Assembly: GCA_016219905.1 (NCBI GenBank)
Contig: JACRKA010000097.1
Span: forward strand, 1-54,044
Source: Verrucomicrobiota bacterium
GTDB lineage: Bacteria; Verrucomicrobiota; Verrucomicrobiia; CAIQCK01
DNA: 54,044 nt
Reading direction: 5' to 3'
Of this stretch, positions 28,171-36,937 are shown piece after piece; position 1 is the stretch's first letter, and each line of letters starts with the position of its first letter. The position numbers were made by a program, and so were the translations under genes. The notes beneath the pieces are model-generated. The model made no database searches, was not told where the DNA came from, and saw only the letters and a list, made by a program, of their open reading frames with translations.

Positions 28171-29577
28171 ATGCGCTCCGGCATCGTCCTCATTCTCGCG
28201 GCCGCAATACTCACAGCTCACGCCCGCGACCTCGCGGTTGATCCTGTCAAAGGTGACGACGCGACGGCGGCCGGGCCGTTCAAGACCATCGCGCGCGCGA
28301 TCAAAGTCACATCACCGGGCGACACGATTCATCTCGCGCCGGCGCGCTACAAGGAATCGGCCGCGTTCCACAACAAGTCCGGCGAGCCGGGCCGGCCGGT
28401 CACGCTCGACGGCCACGGCGCGACGCTTGACGGCAGCGACGAGTTGAAGCCGGCCGATTGGGAGTTGGTGTCGCCGGGGCTTTATCGCAATGCGAAGCTG
28501 CTGCCGATGTATCCGGCGGCCCTGATGCGCTGGTTTTTTGTTTTCGATGGCAAGATGAATCACATGGGCCGCACGAGCAAAGGCCCGAGCGCGGCGCTGA
28601 AGAAGGCGGAGGAGCTTCAAGCCGGCGAATGGACTTACGTTCCCGACAAGCCGATCACGCGCGAAACGAAGAATGGCCGGCCGTGGGACGCGCAGCGCTT
28701 GACCGGCGCGTTCTACATCAAGGTTGATCCGGCGAAGACACTGGCCGATTGCCGCATCGAGGCGCCCGTCCGCTCCAACGGCGTGAGCTTCGGCGGGCGC
28801 TGCGAGCACATCGTTGTCCGCAACGTCACTTCCACGCACGTCCACAACGACGGCTACAACATCCACGGCTTCACGCGCGACATTTTGTTGGAGAACGTGA
28901 AGGCGATTGATTGTGGCGACGACGGCGTCAGCGCGCACGACGACTGCCAGATCCGCGTCAACGGCCTCGTCTCCAGCGGCAACTCCACCGGCATCTGCGA
29001 CGTGGGCGACAGCGTCAGCCACTACAACCGCGTCTTCATCAAGGACTGCCTCGGGTTCGACCTCTACTTTCTCGACACCAACGAACACTCGGTCAGCAAC
29101 AGCGTCGTGATGTCGTCGGCCGCGCGCACGATGTTGGTCACCGGCCGGCCGAACACGAACAAAGTCTGCACGCTGCAACTCGACAACGTCCTCATCCGCC
29201 GCGTCACCGGCACCAACGAAGTCCGCGTGACCGCAGGCGCGGTCTTCGAGGGCCGGCGGTTGACGTTGCTCGGACTGAACTTCCAGGCCACGGGCGGCGC
29301 GGTCACATTGCGCGACTCGATCATCGCCGGCACGCCGCAGCCGGAGGTGACGATCTGGAAGGATGTGAAATGGGTGGCGGACAACAACGTTTACGATCTG
29401 AAGTCGCTGCGGCTCGACCAGACGTTCTTCACAGCAAAAACGTTCGCCGGCTTCCAGCGCGCGACGGGACAGGACAAGAGGTCGCAGTGGACGATGCTGG
29501 ATGCACACGCCGCTGGCAAGGACATCGGCGCCGACCCTTCGCGGCTTCCGCAGTCAGAAACAGGAGATTCGAAATGA
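28171..29577 (+). CDS. Exported right-handed parallel beta-helix protein
   Basis: Signal peptide; GDD...GPFKTIARA....PGDTI.L..Y.E, NDGYNIHG, DDGVSAH. Confidence 0.8.
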   Translation: MRSGIVLILAAAILTAHARDLAVDPVKGDDATAAGPFKTIARAIKVTSPGDTIHLAPARYKESAAFHNKSGEPGRPVTLDGHGATLDGSDELKPADWELVSPGLYRNAKLLPMYPAALMRWFFVFDGKMNHMGRTSKGPSAALKKAEELQAGEWTYVPDKPITRETKNGRPWDAQRLTGAFYIKVDPAKTLADCRIEAPVRSNGVSFGGRCEHIVVRNVTSTHVHNDGYNIHGFTRDILLENVKAIDCGDDGVSAHDDCQIRVNGLVSSGNSTGICDVGDSVSHYNRVFIKDCLGFDLYFLDTNEHSVSNSVVMSSAARTMLVTGRPNTNKVCTLQLDNVLIRRVTGTNEVRVTAGAVFEGRRLTLLGLNFQATGGAVTLRDSIIAGTPQPEVTIWKDVKWVADNNVYDLKSLRLDQTFFTAKTFAGFQRATGQDKRSQWTMLDAHAAGKDIGADPSRLPQSETGDSK

Positions 29578-29736
29578 AACCATCCTTCGTCGCATTGGGG
29601 GCGCGAGGAACGGATTCGTTACCTGCTGTCGCAAAAGGATGGAATCAACGAGGTCATCCTCTACGAAGCCGCCTCGTGGATGACTTTGCCGCTCTCGGAC
29701 CACGACCTGTGCGGGCATGGGTTTCTTGACCGATGA
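29574..29736 (+). pseudogene. Possible remnant of an internally deleted gene
   Basis: RBS plus ATG (MKPSFVALG) joined out of frame to a protein-like tail (REERIRYLLSQKDGINEVILYEAASW...GFLDR*). Confidence 0.3.
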
Positions 29737-30836
29737 AGCAAATCAAGACTTCTATCGGGAACCAGCAGCAGACAACATGGAGATCACGAATGAAACGAAT
29801 CGTTACAGTTCGGCAAACACCGAGTCGCCAGTGGTTGCGCCAAGGAGTTTGCCTCATGGTTGAAAGAATCCGCTCGGTTTGCCGGTTGGGCGCGGTCGCT
29901 TCTGTCCTGCTCCTGGTCGCGCTGTCCCAAGCCAACGGCGACGGCTCGAAAGGCGATGCGCACACTCAACTGGTTGCCAAGGGACAGCGCGTCTTCACGT
30001 GCGGCCACAGTTTTCATGTCTGGGTGGTTCGCATCCTGGACGAGATGGCCAAAGCGGCCGGCATTGACCACGAGGTCGCCGGCGTGTCGTCCATCGGCGG
30101 CTCGCGCGTCATCCAGCATTGGGATGTGCCGGACGAGAAGAACAAGGCGAAGGAAGCGCTGCGTGCCGGCAAGGTGGATGTGCTCACGCTCTCGCCCATC
30201 TGGCTGGTCCCGCCGAAGGATCTCAAGGCCGTGACGCCCGTCCCGGGGGACACGCGCGAGATCATCTGGCTGCCCGACGAGGGAATCGAGAAGTTCGCAA
30301 AGCTCGGCTTGGAGCACAACCCGAACATACGGGTCACCGTCCAGGAATACTGGCTGCCGAACGACGAGTATGTGCCGGTGTATCCGTTGCAGACCCGTAA
30401 GAAGGTGGACCACGACGCCACGAATCTCGCGGAGTTGCGGAAAAACCAAACGCGCTATGATTACGACGTGGATGGGTTCGTCCGCGATATCAATAAACGA
30501 CTCGGCAAGGACGTGATTGTCACCGTGCCGGCCGGGCAAGCGGTGCTGGCGCTGCGGGAGAAGATCATCGCCGGGAAGGCGCCCGGTCTGAAGACGCAGG
30601 CGGAACTCTTCCGCGACTCCTGGGGTCACCCCACGGCGCCGGTGCAGGCGCTGGCGACCTATTGCCATTTCGCGGTGATCTACCGCCGCAGTCCCGCCGG
30701 CCTGCCGCTGCCGACGATTCTCACGAAGAACCCGGAGTGGGATGACAAACTGAACCGTCTGTTGCAGGAACTGGCGTGGGAGGCTGTGATCCATCATCCG
30801 TTGAGCGGCGTCCGGGTGACGCACAAAGCGAAATAG
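29733..30836 (+). CDS. Exported hypothetical protein, SGNH-hydrolase-like (true start probably near 29856)
   Basis: VFTCGHSF block I-like motif and a D..GH motif (FRDSWGHP); hydrophobic signal. Confidence 0.65.
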   Translation: MKQIKTSIGNQQQTTWRSRMKRIVTVRQTPSRQWLRQGVCLMVERIRSVCRLGAVASVLLLVALSQANGDGSKGDAHTQLVAKGQRVFTCGHSFHVWVVRILDEMAKAAGIDHEVAGVSSIGGSRVIQHWDVPDEKNKAKEALRAGKVDVLTLSPIWLVPPKDLKAVTPVPGDTREIIWLPDEGIEKFAKLGLEHNPNIRVTVQEYWLPNDEYVPVYPLQTRKKVDHDATNLAELRKNQTRYDYDVDGFVRDINKRLGKDVIVTVPAGQAVLALREKIIAGKAPGLKTQAELFRDSWGHPTAPVQALATYCHFAVIYRRSPAGLPLPTILTKNPEWDDKLNRLLQELAWEAVIHHPLSGVRVTHKAK

Positions 30837-30924
30837 CGGAGGGACGTGGAGAACGGCGAGTCTGCGGGCATGTTTTTTGGCCACTGCAACTAAATCGTCA
30901 AGTGTTGATGATCACTCTCACGCC

Positions 30925-32517
30925 ATGAAAACCAAGCTGATCTCTGTCCTTGCTCTCCTGATGGCCGTCGGCGCGACAGCCGGCGATGACGTCGCCGCCC
31001 GGCTCGCGCAGATGCCGCGGCCGTGGACGGCCAAGCCGAACCGTTTCACGCTGGCGGAATACGAGGCGACGTTGCGTTACTGGGCGGAGAAGCACGCGGG
31101 CGTGTTCAGCTTCGAGAAACGCGGCGCGTCGGTGGAAGGAGTGCCGATTTATTTGGTGAAGATCACCGACCGGCGCGTGCCGGACACAGACAAGCAGGTG
31201 GCGCTGATCACAGCGACGCACTCCGGCGGCGAACGCACGGGCGCGACCAGCGTGATGCGGTTCGCGGAATGGCTGCTGGGCAGTTCGAGCGAGGCGGTCG
31301 AGACGCGGCGCAAGCAGGTCGTGCTGCTGATGCCGGTGGTGAACCCGTGGGGCTACGAGACCGTGGAGAGTCCTTTCAACTCGCAGGGCATTGATCCCTA
31401 CAGCAGCCAGCGCGGCAAGGCGTGGAACCTCGACACGCTGACGCTGAAGGAGCCGGCGAAAAACCCGGAGATCATCGCTGTCCAGTCGGTCTTCGACGAG
31501 TTCAAGCCGGACGTGCAGTGGGACATGCACGGCGTGGCGCTACGCTGGAACGGCCAGCAGGTCGTTGAGTCGTGCGGCACGGCCTACTCGAACTACTCGC
31601 TGCGGCCGTGGGACTGGCGCATCACGGAGGCGATGATCGCCGAGGCGCGCAAGGCGGGTTACGGCATTGACCGTGGCGAGGCGGACACGCAACGGTTGTT
31701 TTTCGGGCCGGACATGCCGCCGCTCGCCGACCGTCTCTGGCTGGGCCGGCCGTTCTTCTACACGGCGATGTATGGCTACGCGCGTTATCACATGCTGCTC
31801 GGCACGGCCGAGGTCGGCTGGGAAGAAAGCGGCGTGGCACGGCTCCGCGGCCTGATGCGCATCGGCAACCGCGTCTGGGACGGTGAGAAGACCGCCGGCT
31901 ATCCGGTCAACGTGGTCAAGTCGCTCGTTGGCCAATGGCTCGTGGCTGCCGGACGCAACGCGACGGAGCAACGCCGCAACCGCGTCGAGTTGTGGCAGCG
32001 CCAAGGATCGTTCACGATGGGCGTGTTGTATCCGCAGACCGATTGCCGCGTCGGCTTGGTCGTGGCGCCCACGGCGAAGGGAGCGAAGCTGATGGATGCC
32101 GACCCGAAGAAGTTCGTCGCGAAGCTCGAAGCAGTGCCCGGTTGCGACGCATCGGCGATTCGTGCGTTTCTCGAAGCCGGGCCGGAGACGAAGATTTACT
32201 ACGAACCGCCCGACCGCGCGCCGGAGGACCGTCCGCTCGACGCGGCGTTCGCGTTCCGGCTGCGCATCCCGTATCGCAACCCGAAGCTGCTCGACCTGCG
32301 GCTCAACGGCCGCGCGTTGCACCAAAGTCCGACCGACGGTTATCAACGCTGGTATGGCGATGGCTACACGCAGGTGCAGGTGAACATTCCAGCGGAGAAG
32401 GCGCGCGGCGCAGACTTGTTCGTCGTGACGTGCGCCTACAAGCCCGACGTGCAGCGCACCTACGGCTGGCGTCCGCCAGCCGAGGTGATGGAGCGGTTGA
32501 AAGCGAAGACGAAGTGA
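30925..32517 (+). CDS. Exported M14-like zinc carboxypeptidase/deacylase
   Basis: Signal peptide; G.S.EG..I, THSGGE, MPVVNPWG, PE, DMH zinc-ligand pattern. Confidence 0.75.
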   Translation: MKTKLISVLALLMAVGATAGDDVAARLAQMPRPWTAKPNRFTLAEYEATLRYWAEKHAGVFSFEKRGASVEGVPIYLVKITDRRVPDTDKQVALITATHSGGERTGATSVMRFAEWLLGSSSEAVETRRKQVVLLMPVVNPWGYETVESPFNSQGIDPYSSQRGKAWNLDTLTLKEPAKNPEIIAVQSVFDEFKPDVQWDMHGVALRWNGQQVVESCGTAYSNYSLRPWDWRITEAMIAEARKAGYGIDRGEADTQRLFFGPDMPPLADRLWLGRPFFYTAMYGYARYHMLLGTAEVGWEESGVARLRGLMRIGNRVWDGEKTAGYPVNVVKSLVGQWLVAAGRNATEQRRNRVELWQRQGSFTMGVLYPQTDCRVGLVVAPTAKGAKLMDADPKKFVAKLEAVPGCDASAIRAFLEAGPETKIYYEPPDRAPEDRPLDAAFAFRLRIPYRNPKLLDLRLNGRALHQSPTDGYQRWYGDGYTQVQVNIPAEKARGADLFVVTCAYKPDVQRTYGWRPPAEVMERLKAKTK

Positions 32518-33212
32518 ACAACGCCGTCCGCAAACACCAGACCCGCTTTGGTGTGCTCGAGGAGCGCGGGCCGGAGACGATCCTCGCCGATGCCGCGACG
32601 GCGTTCATGCTGCCGCTGCTCCGCGTCCGTCGCGGCGACCGCGCCGCCGAGCCGGGCTGCGGCACTGGTGTGTTGAGCATCTGCATGGCGCTTACCGGCG
32701 CGGCGCGAGTGACCGGCACCGACACCGATCCCGCGGCGATTGCCGCCGCGCGGCAGAATGCTGCCAGCAACCGCGCGCCGAACGCCGAATTCATCGAGGG
32801 CAGCCTGCTCGAACCTGTCGCCGGGCCGCTTGACCTTGTCGTCGCCAACCTGCCGCACCGTCCCGCGCCGCAGCCGTTCAACGCGCGCTACTACGGCGGC
32901 TCCGACGGCACCGACCTCGTCCGTGCGCTCATCTCGCAGGCCGCAGACAAGCTCGCGCCCGGCGGACGGTTGGTGTTCTACCTCAACAGCATCGCCAACC
33001 CGCGCCGCGTGCTGGCCGCGCTCGCGGAGCGATTCGACGTGACGACGCTCGGCGAGCGCCGGCGCGATTTCACGCGCGAGGAGTTCGACGCGCTCACGCC
33101 CGGCCTGTTCGCGCACCTCGAAGCGCAGCGCGACCGCGGCGAGGCGGAGTTCTGGCGCGACGAGAACGAGCTTTATTTCACCGGGCGGGTCTATGAAGCT
33201 CGCCTGCGATGA
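32514..33212 (+). CDS. Class I SAM-dependent methyltransferase, HemK/PrmC-like
   Basis: EPGCGTG motif I, ANLPH (NPPY-like), GGSDG. GTG overlaps the upstream stop. Confidence 0.85.
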   Translation: MNNAVRKHQTRFGVLEERGPETILADAATAFMLPLLRVRRGDRAAEPGCGTGVLSICMALTGAARVTGTDTDPAAIAAARQNAASNRAPNAEFIEGSLLEPVAGPLDLVVANLPHRPAPQPFNARYYGGSDGTDLVRALISQAADKLAPGGRLVFYLNSIANPRRVLAALAERFDVTTLGERRRDFTREEFDALTPGLFAHLEAQRDRGEAEFWRDENELYFTGRVYEARLR

Positions 33213-33880
33213 GCCAGCCACGCACCCTCATCATCAACGCCGACGACCTCGGCCTCTCGCCGGAGGTGGACGCCGGCATTCTGGATTGCGTGAAGGCCGG
33301 CACGGTCACGGCCGTGTCGGTGATGGTCAACCCGCCTTACGAAGCAGACATCGCACCCTTTGTCGCCGCAGGCGTTTCGATATGCCTCCACTGGAACCTC
33401 GTGCCTTTGCCAGCCCAGTTTGACCCAGGGGATGCAGAGCGCGAACTGCGGGCACAACTGGACCGTTTCCGGCAAATCACCGGTCGCGAGCCGGCGCAGT
33501 TGAACTTCCACAAGCACCTCCATGCCCGCGACGGGCGGTTGCTGGAGATCGCATTGAAACTAGCGCGGGAGACCGGCGCGTCGCTGCGGGCCATCAACCC
33601 GGCGATGCGCGAACATTGCCGCGCGTGCGGTGTCCGCACCACCGACCATTTCGTCGGCGATGTCGTGCCGGCACCCTACTGGACGGAGGTGCGGCTGCGC
33701 GAGGTGTTGGCGACGTTGCCGCCGGGCGAGACGGAGTTGATGTGCCATCCCGGCAAGAACGTTGGTCCGATTGGAGGCTTGTTTTACCTCGCCGAGCGCG
33801 ACACGGAACGGGTCACGTTCACCTCGCCCGCGACGGCCGCTTTGATTGGCGGTCTTCAACTGCGAGGCTTCTTGCGATGA
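33209..33880 (+). CDS. YdjC/ChbG/HpnK family carbohydrate deacetylase
   Basis: LIINADDLG, LHWN, FHKHLH, ELMCHPG. Confidence 0.9.
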   Translation: MSQPRTLIINADDLGLSPEVDAGILDCVKAGTVTAVSVMVNPPYEADIAPFVAAGVSICLHWNLVPLPAQFDPGDAERELRAQLDRFRQITGREPAQLNFHKHLHARDGRLLEIALKLARETGASLRAINPAMREHCRACGVRTTDHFVGDVVPAPYWTEVRLREVLATLPPGETELMCHPGKNVGPIGGLFYLAERDTERVTFTSPATAALIGGLQLRGFLR

Positions 33881-34683
33881 AACTGACGATCCTCGACTTC
33901 AGCGTTTACGGCAACCGCTACGATCCTGAGAGCGACGCGCTGCTGGAGGCGGCAACCCAACGGCTTGGCGTCACGACGACAACGACGTTCGTATCGCGCG
34001 AGCAAGCTGCGACCGTCTTGCCGGACTCCGAGTGGGTTTGGCTCCGCTACGACCTCCGTTCGTCGGACGATCTGGAACTGGTTGTGTCTCTGGCGCGCCG
34101 GCTGGAGATCGAAGGTCGGCGCGTGTTCCCTTCCGCTGCGGCGATTCTCGCGACGGAGGACAAGTGGGAAGGCTGCCTTGCGCTGCGGCGCGGCGGGGTG
34201 GCTGTGCCGGAGACGGCGCTCGCGATGGAATGGGCGCGGTTTCCGCTGCCCATCATCGTGAAATCCCGCGTCGGCTGGGGTGGAATCGGCACGGCGGTCG
34301 CGCGCGACGCGGCGGAACTGGAGCGCGCGCGGGCGTTGTTGGACGAGGAACACATCTGCCAGCCGTTCATCGCCAGCACGCGCACGCTGGTCGTCGCGCT
34401 CGCCGACGGCGGCGAGATTGCGTGCATCGAGGACCTCTGCGGTCTCTCCACCGACGGCCGGACGCGCACGGTGCCGATGCCGCCGGACGCGGCGGCGCTG
34501 GCGGCGCGCACATTGGAGGCGACCGGATTGGTGGCGGGCACGGTGGACATGATCGAGTCGCCGGACGGCCTGCGCGTGCTGGAGGTCAACTCGTCGCCGC
34601 GCATCACGTATCCGCATCTGCCGGAGTTGGATTTGGCGACGCCGATGATGAAGGCGGTGTTGAGGCAGTGGATGAGCCGATGA
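33877..34683 (+). CDS. RimK-like ATP-grasp ligase
   Basis: EDKW...L...GV.VPET, P.IVK...GWGG.G, QPFI, VDM...DG..VLEVNSSP. Confidence 0.85.
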   Translation: MKLTILDFSVYGNRYDPESDALLEAATQRLGVTTTTTFVSREQAATVLPDSEWVWLRYDLRSSDDLELVVSLARRLEIEGRRVFPSAAAILATEDKWEGCLALRRGGVAVPETALAMEWARFPLPIIVKSRVGWGGIGTAVARDAAELERARALLDEEHICQPFIASTRTLVVALADGGEIACIEDLCGLSTDGRTRTVPMPPDAAALAARTLEATGLVAGTVDMIESPDGLRVLEVNSSPRITYPHLPELDLATPMMKAVLRQWMSR

Positions 34684-35756
34684 AAATCCTGATTTGCATC
34701 CCGTTTGAGCGATCCGCACCGAAAGGCAACAGCGTCGCCGCGCGGCGGCTGGCGGCGGGCTTTGAGCAAAAGAGAAATGCCGTCGCAATCCTCGATTACC
34801 CAGCCGTCGCCGACGCGGCGGCGGTGGCGGCAGTGGTGCGCGAATTCCGGCCCGACGTAGCGTTGGTTATGCACGCGTGGCGTTGCGCCGCGGCCCTGCG
34901 GGCGATCAAGTGCGCCGATGTTCCGGTGGTGGCTTCGTTGCGCGGGACTGACGCGAACGAGATGCTGGACGACCCGGCCACGCGGGACGAACTCGCGGCG
35001 GCACTGTCGGCCAGCGACGCCATCGTGGTGTTTCACGAACGGTTCAAGGAGCGGCTCGCGGCGATGGATGCGCAGTGGGGAGCGAAGACGCTCGTGATCG
35101 CGAACGGCGTCGAGTTGCCCCGGTCAAACATGGACTACCGCCAACGGCTGGCGATTCCAGCTCCAGCCTTCGTCTTCGCGACGGTCGCCGGGCTTCGCGA
35201 GGTCAAGCGGCCCCTATGGCCCGTGCCGCTCTTGGCGCAACTCCGCGAACGGCATCCCGCCGTCTTTTGGGTTCATGTCGGGCCGCCGATCGAGGCCGAT
35301 CTTGCTCGGCAGATGCAGGCGCTCGTGGCGCAGCATCCTTGGATTCGCCACGTGGACGGCGTGCCGCACGAGGAGATGGACTCGTTTCTGCGCGCGGCGG
35401 ACGTGGCGGTGGCCGCGAGCCGCTCCGAAGGCATGCCCCACGCGGTGCGCGAGGCGATGTTGGCTGAACGGGCGCTTCTGTTGTCCGACATCGAGGGACA
35501 TCGCGTCGAGGCCGAACCGGAACGTGAGGCGTTGTTCTTTGGCAACGAGGCAGAGTTTCTCCAACAAGCGACGCGGCTCATCGAAACTCCGGCGCTGCGC
35601 GAACGCCTGGGCGACGCCGCGCGCCGGCGGGTGACTGCGGATTTGCAGCGCCACGACGAAATCGCGGCGTATCTGGTTTTGTTTCGTTCTCTGGTCGAAA
35701 GAGAAGGCACGCAGCGGACTTCCAGAACCGGACCGGCAAGCAATGAGGCCGGTTAG
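34680..35756 (+). CDS. Glycosyltransferase family 4 (GT-B), SenB/GLT1D1-like motifs
   Basis: GN.VAARR, HA, LRGTD, GLREVK.P, SRSEGMP..V.EAM. Confidence 0.85.
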   Translation: MKILICIPFERSAPKGNSVAARRLAAGFEQKRNAVAILDYPAVADAAAVAAVVREFRPDVALVMHAWRCAAALRAIKCADVPVVASLRGTDANEMLDDPATRDELAAALSASDAIVVFHERFKERLAAMDAQWGAKTLVIANGVELPRSNMDYRQRLAIPAPAFVFATVAGLREVKRPLWPVPLLAQLRERHPAVFWVHVGPPIEADLARQMQALVAQHPWIRHVDGVPHEEMDSFLRAADVAVAASRSEGMPHAVREAMLAERALLLSDIEGHRVEAEPEREALFFGNEAEFLQQATRLIETPALRERLGDAARRRVTADLQRHDEIAAYLVLFRSLVEREGTQRTSRTGPASNEAG

Positions 35757-36778
35757 CTGGCCGGGCTGCTGGGGAGCGGGGCGGCGTATTGGTAAGCCGG
35801 GTCCTGCTGCTGCCGCCGCTGAATCGCCGCGATCTCCTTCCATGTGGCGAAGATTCCGACGGGGCACGGCGGCAGGTCGTGTTGGATGGCGGCGTGCAGC
35901 TTGCCGAGTTTGTAGCACGGCACGGCGGCATACATGTGGTGCTCGGTATGATAGTTCATGTGCCAGTAAAGAAACCGGGCGACCGGATTCAGCAGGAACG
36001 TCCGGCAACAGAGCCGGAAATCCGGCACGTTGTCCTGCAGCCCGATGTGCTGCGTCTTGTTGCAAAGGAAGAACAGCCAGTTCCCGCAGAACATGGCGAA
36101 CGTGGTCAGGACCGGCACCATCCAGAGCTTGTAGTAGCACGACACCGCGATGATCAACCCATGCCCGACCAACAGCGTCCAGGCCCAGGCGATCGCCGGC
36201 CGTCGTTTCTCCGGCGCGTCGGGCGGGAACAGCTCCAGTTCCCACTCGCCCTTAAACTTTCCGGCGGCGATGCGCACGGCATCCATGATCAGGGCGGTCG
36301 GTGTGCCCGGGGTCGTGGCGATGTTGAAGAACCCTTCCCTGAAAAAGTCGCGCACCACGATCTTGACCGGCAACACCACCTCACGGTCGTCGGGCGGATG
36401 CAAGGTGTAGCGGTGATGCCGCGCATGGCTGGCGTTGAACGTCTCGAAGTTGATCCAGCCCAGAAAGGCAGTCATACGCTCGAACAGCGCATTGAGCCAC
36501 TTCGTCCGGAAGACCGTGCCGTGGCCGAGTTCGTGGACGGCATTGATCTGAAAGGAGAAACAGGTGCCGTGCAGGAACAACAGCGCGACCACGACCGGGA
36601 CCGGCGCATGGCCCGCCGCGTAGAATGCCGCCCCACCCGTCAGCGCCAGGACGCCGAGATAGCCGAGGCACTGGAGCAATCCCCGCGCATCGCTGCGCTC
36701 GTGCAGGCTGTTGAACACGGCCGGCGCCAGTGGCGTTCGATACCATCGGATCGGCGCGTTCTTTTCCGAGGTGCTCAT
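35753..36778 (-). CDS. Membrane di-iron desaturase/oxygenase (MocD-like)
   Basis: His boxes HELGH, HARHH, HTEHH; YWHMNYH. Confidence 0.85.
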   Translation of the reverse strand: MSTSEKNAPIRWYRTPLAPAVFNSLHERSDARGLLQCLGYLGVLALTGGAAFYAAGHAPVPVVVALLFLHGTCFSFQINAVHELGHGTVFRTKWLNALFERMTAFLGWINFETFNASHARHHRYTLHPPDDREVVLPVKIVVRDFFREGFFNIATTPGTPTALIMDAVRIAAGKFKGEWELELFPPDAPEKRRPAIAWAWTLLVGHGLIIAVSCYYKLWMVPVLTTFAMFCGNWLFFLCNKTQHIGLQDNVPDFRLCCRTFLLNPVARFLYWHMNYHTEHHMYAAVPCYKLGKLHAAIQHDLPPCPVGIFATWKEIAAIQRRQQQDPAYQYAAPLPSSPAS

Positions 36779-36937
36779 GGTGCGCTCTTGGGACGAAACA
36801 AAGGGTCGCGCGGTGCCCACCAACTTGAGTGGTCAGCGTCGCCAAACAGACGGTAGGATAGATGTTGCCCCGCCCGGCCGCAAATCGCGACAAACCGGCG
36901 TTGGTGTTGGAGCTATCTCGTCGGGAAACCTTGAAGG

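Noticed and set aside
29575-29736. Stop-codon readthrough or selenocysteine at TGA 29575, since the frame stays open for 52 codons
   Set aside because: The upstream protein ends in a natural low-complexity tail with an RBS and ATG overlapping the stop; no convincing SECIS. A gene remnant is simpler.
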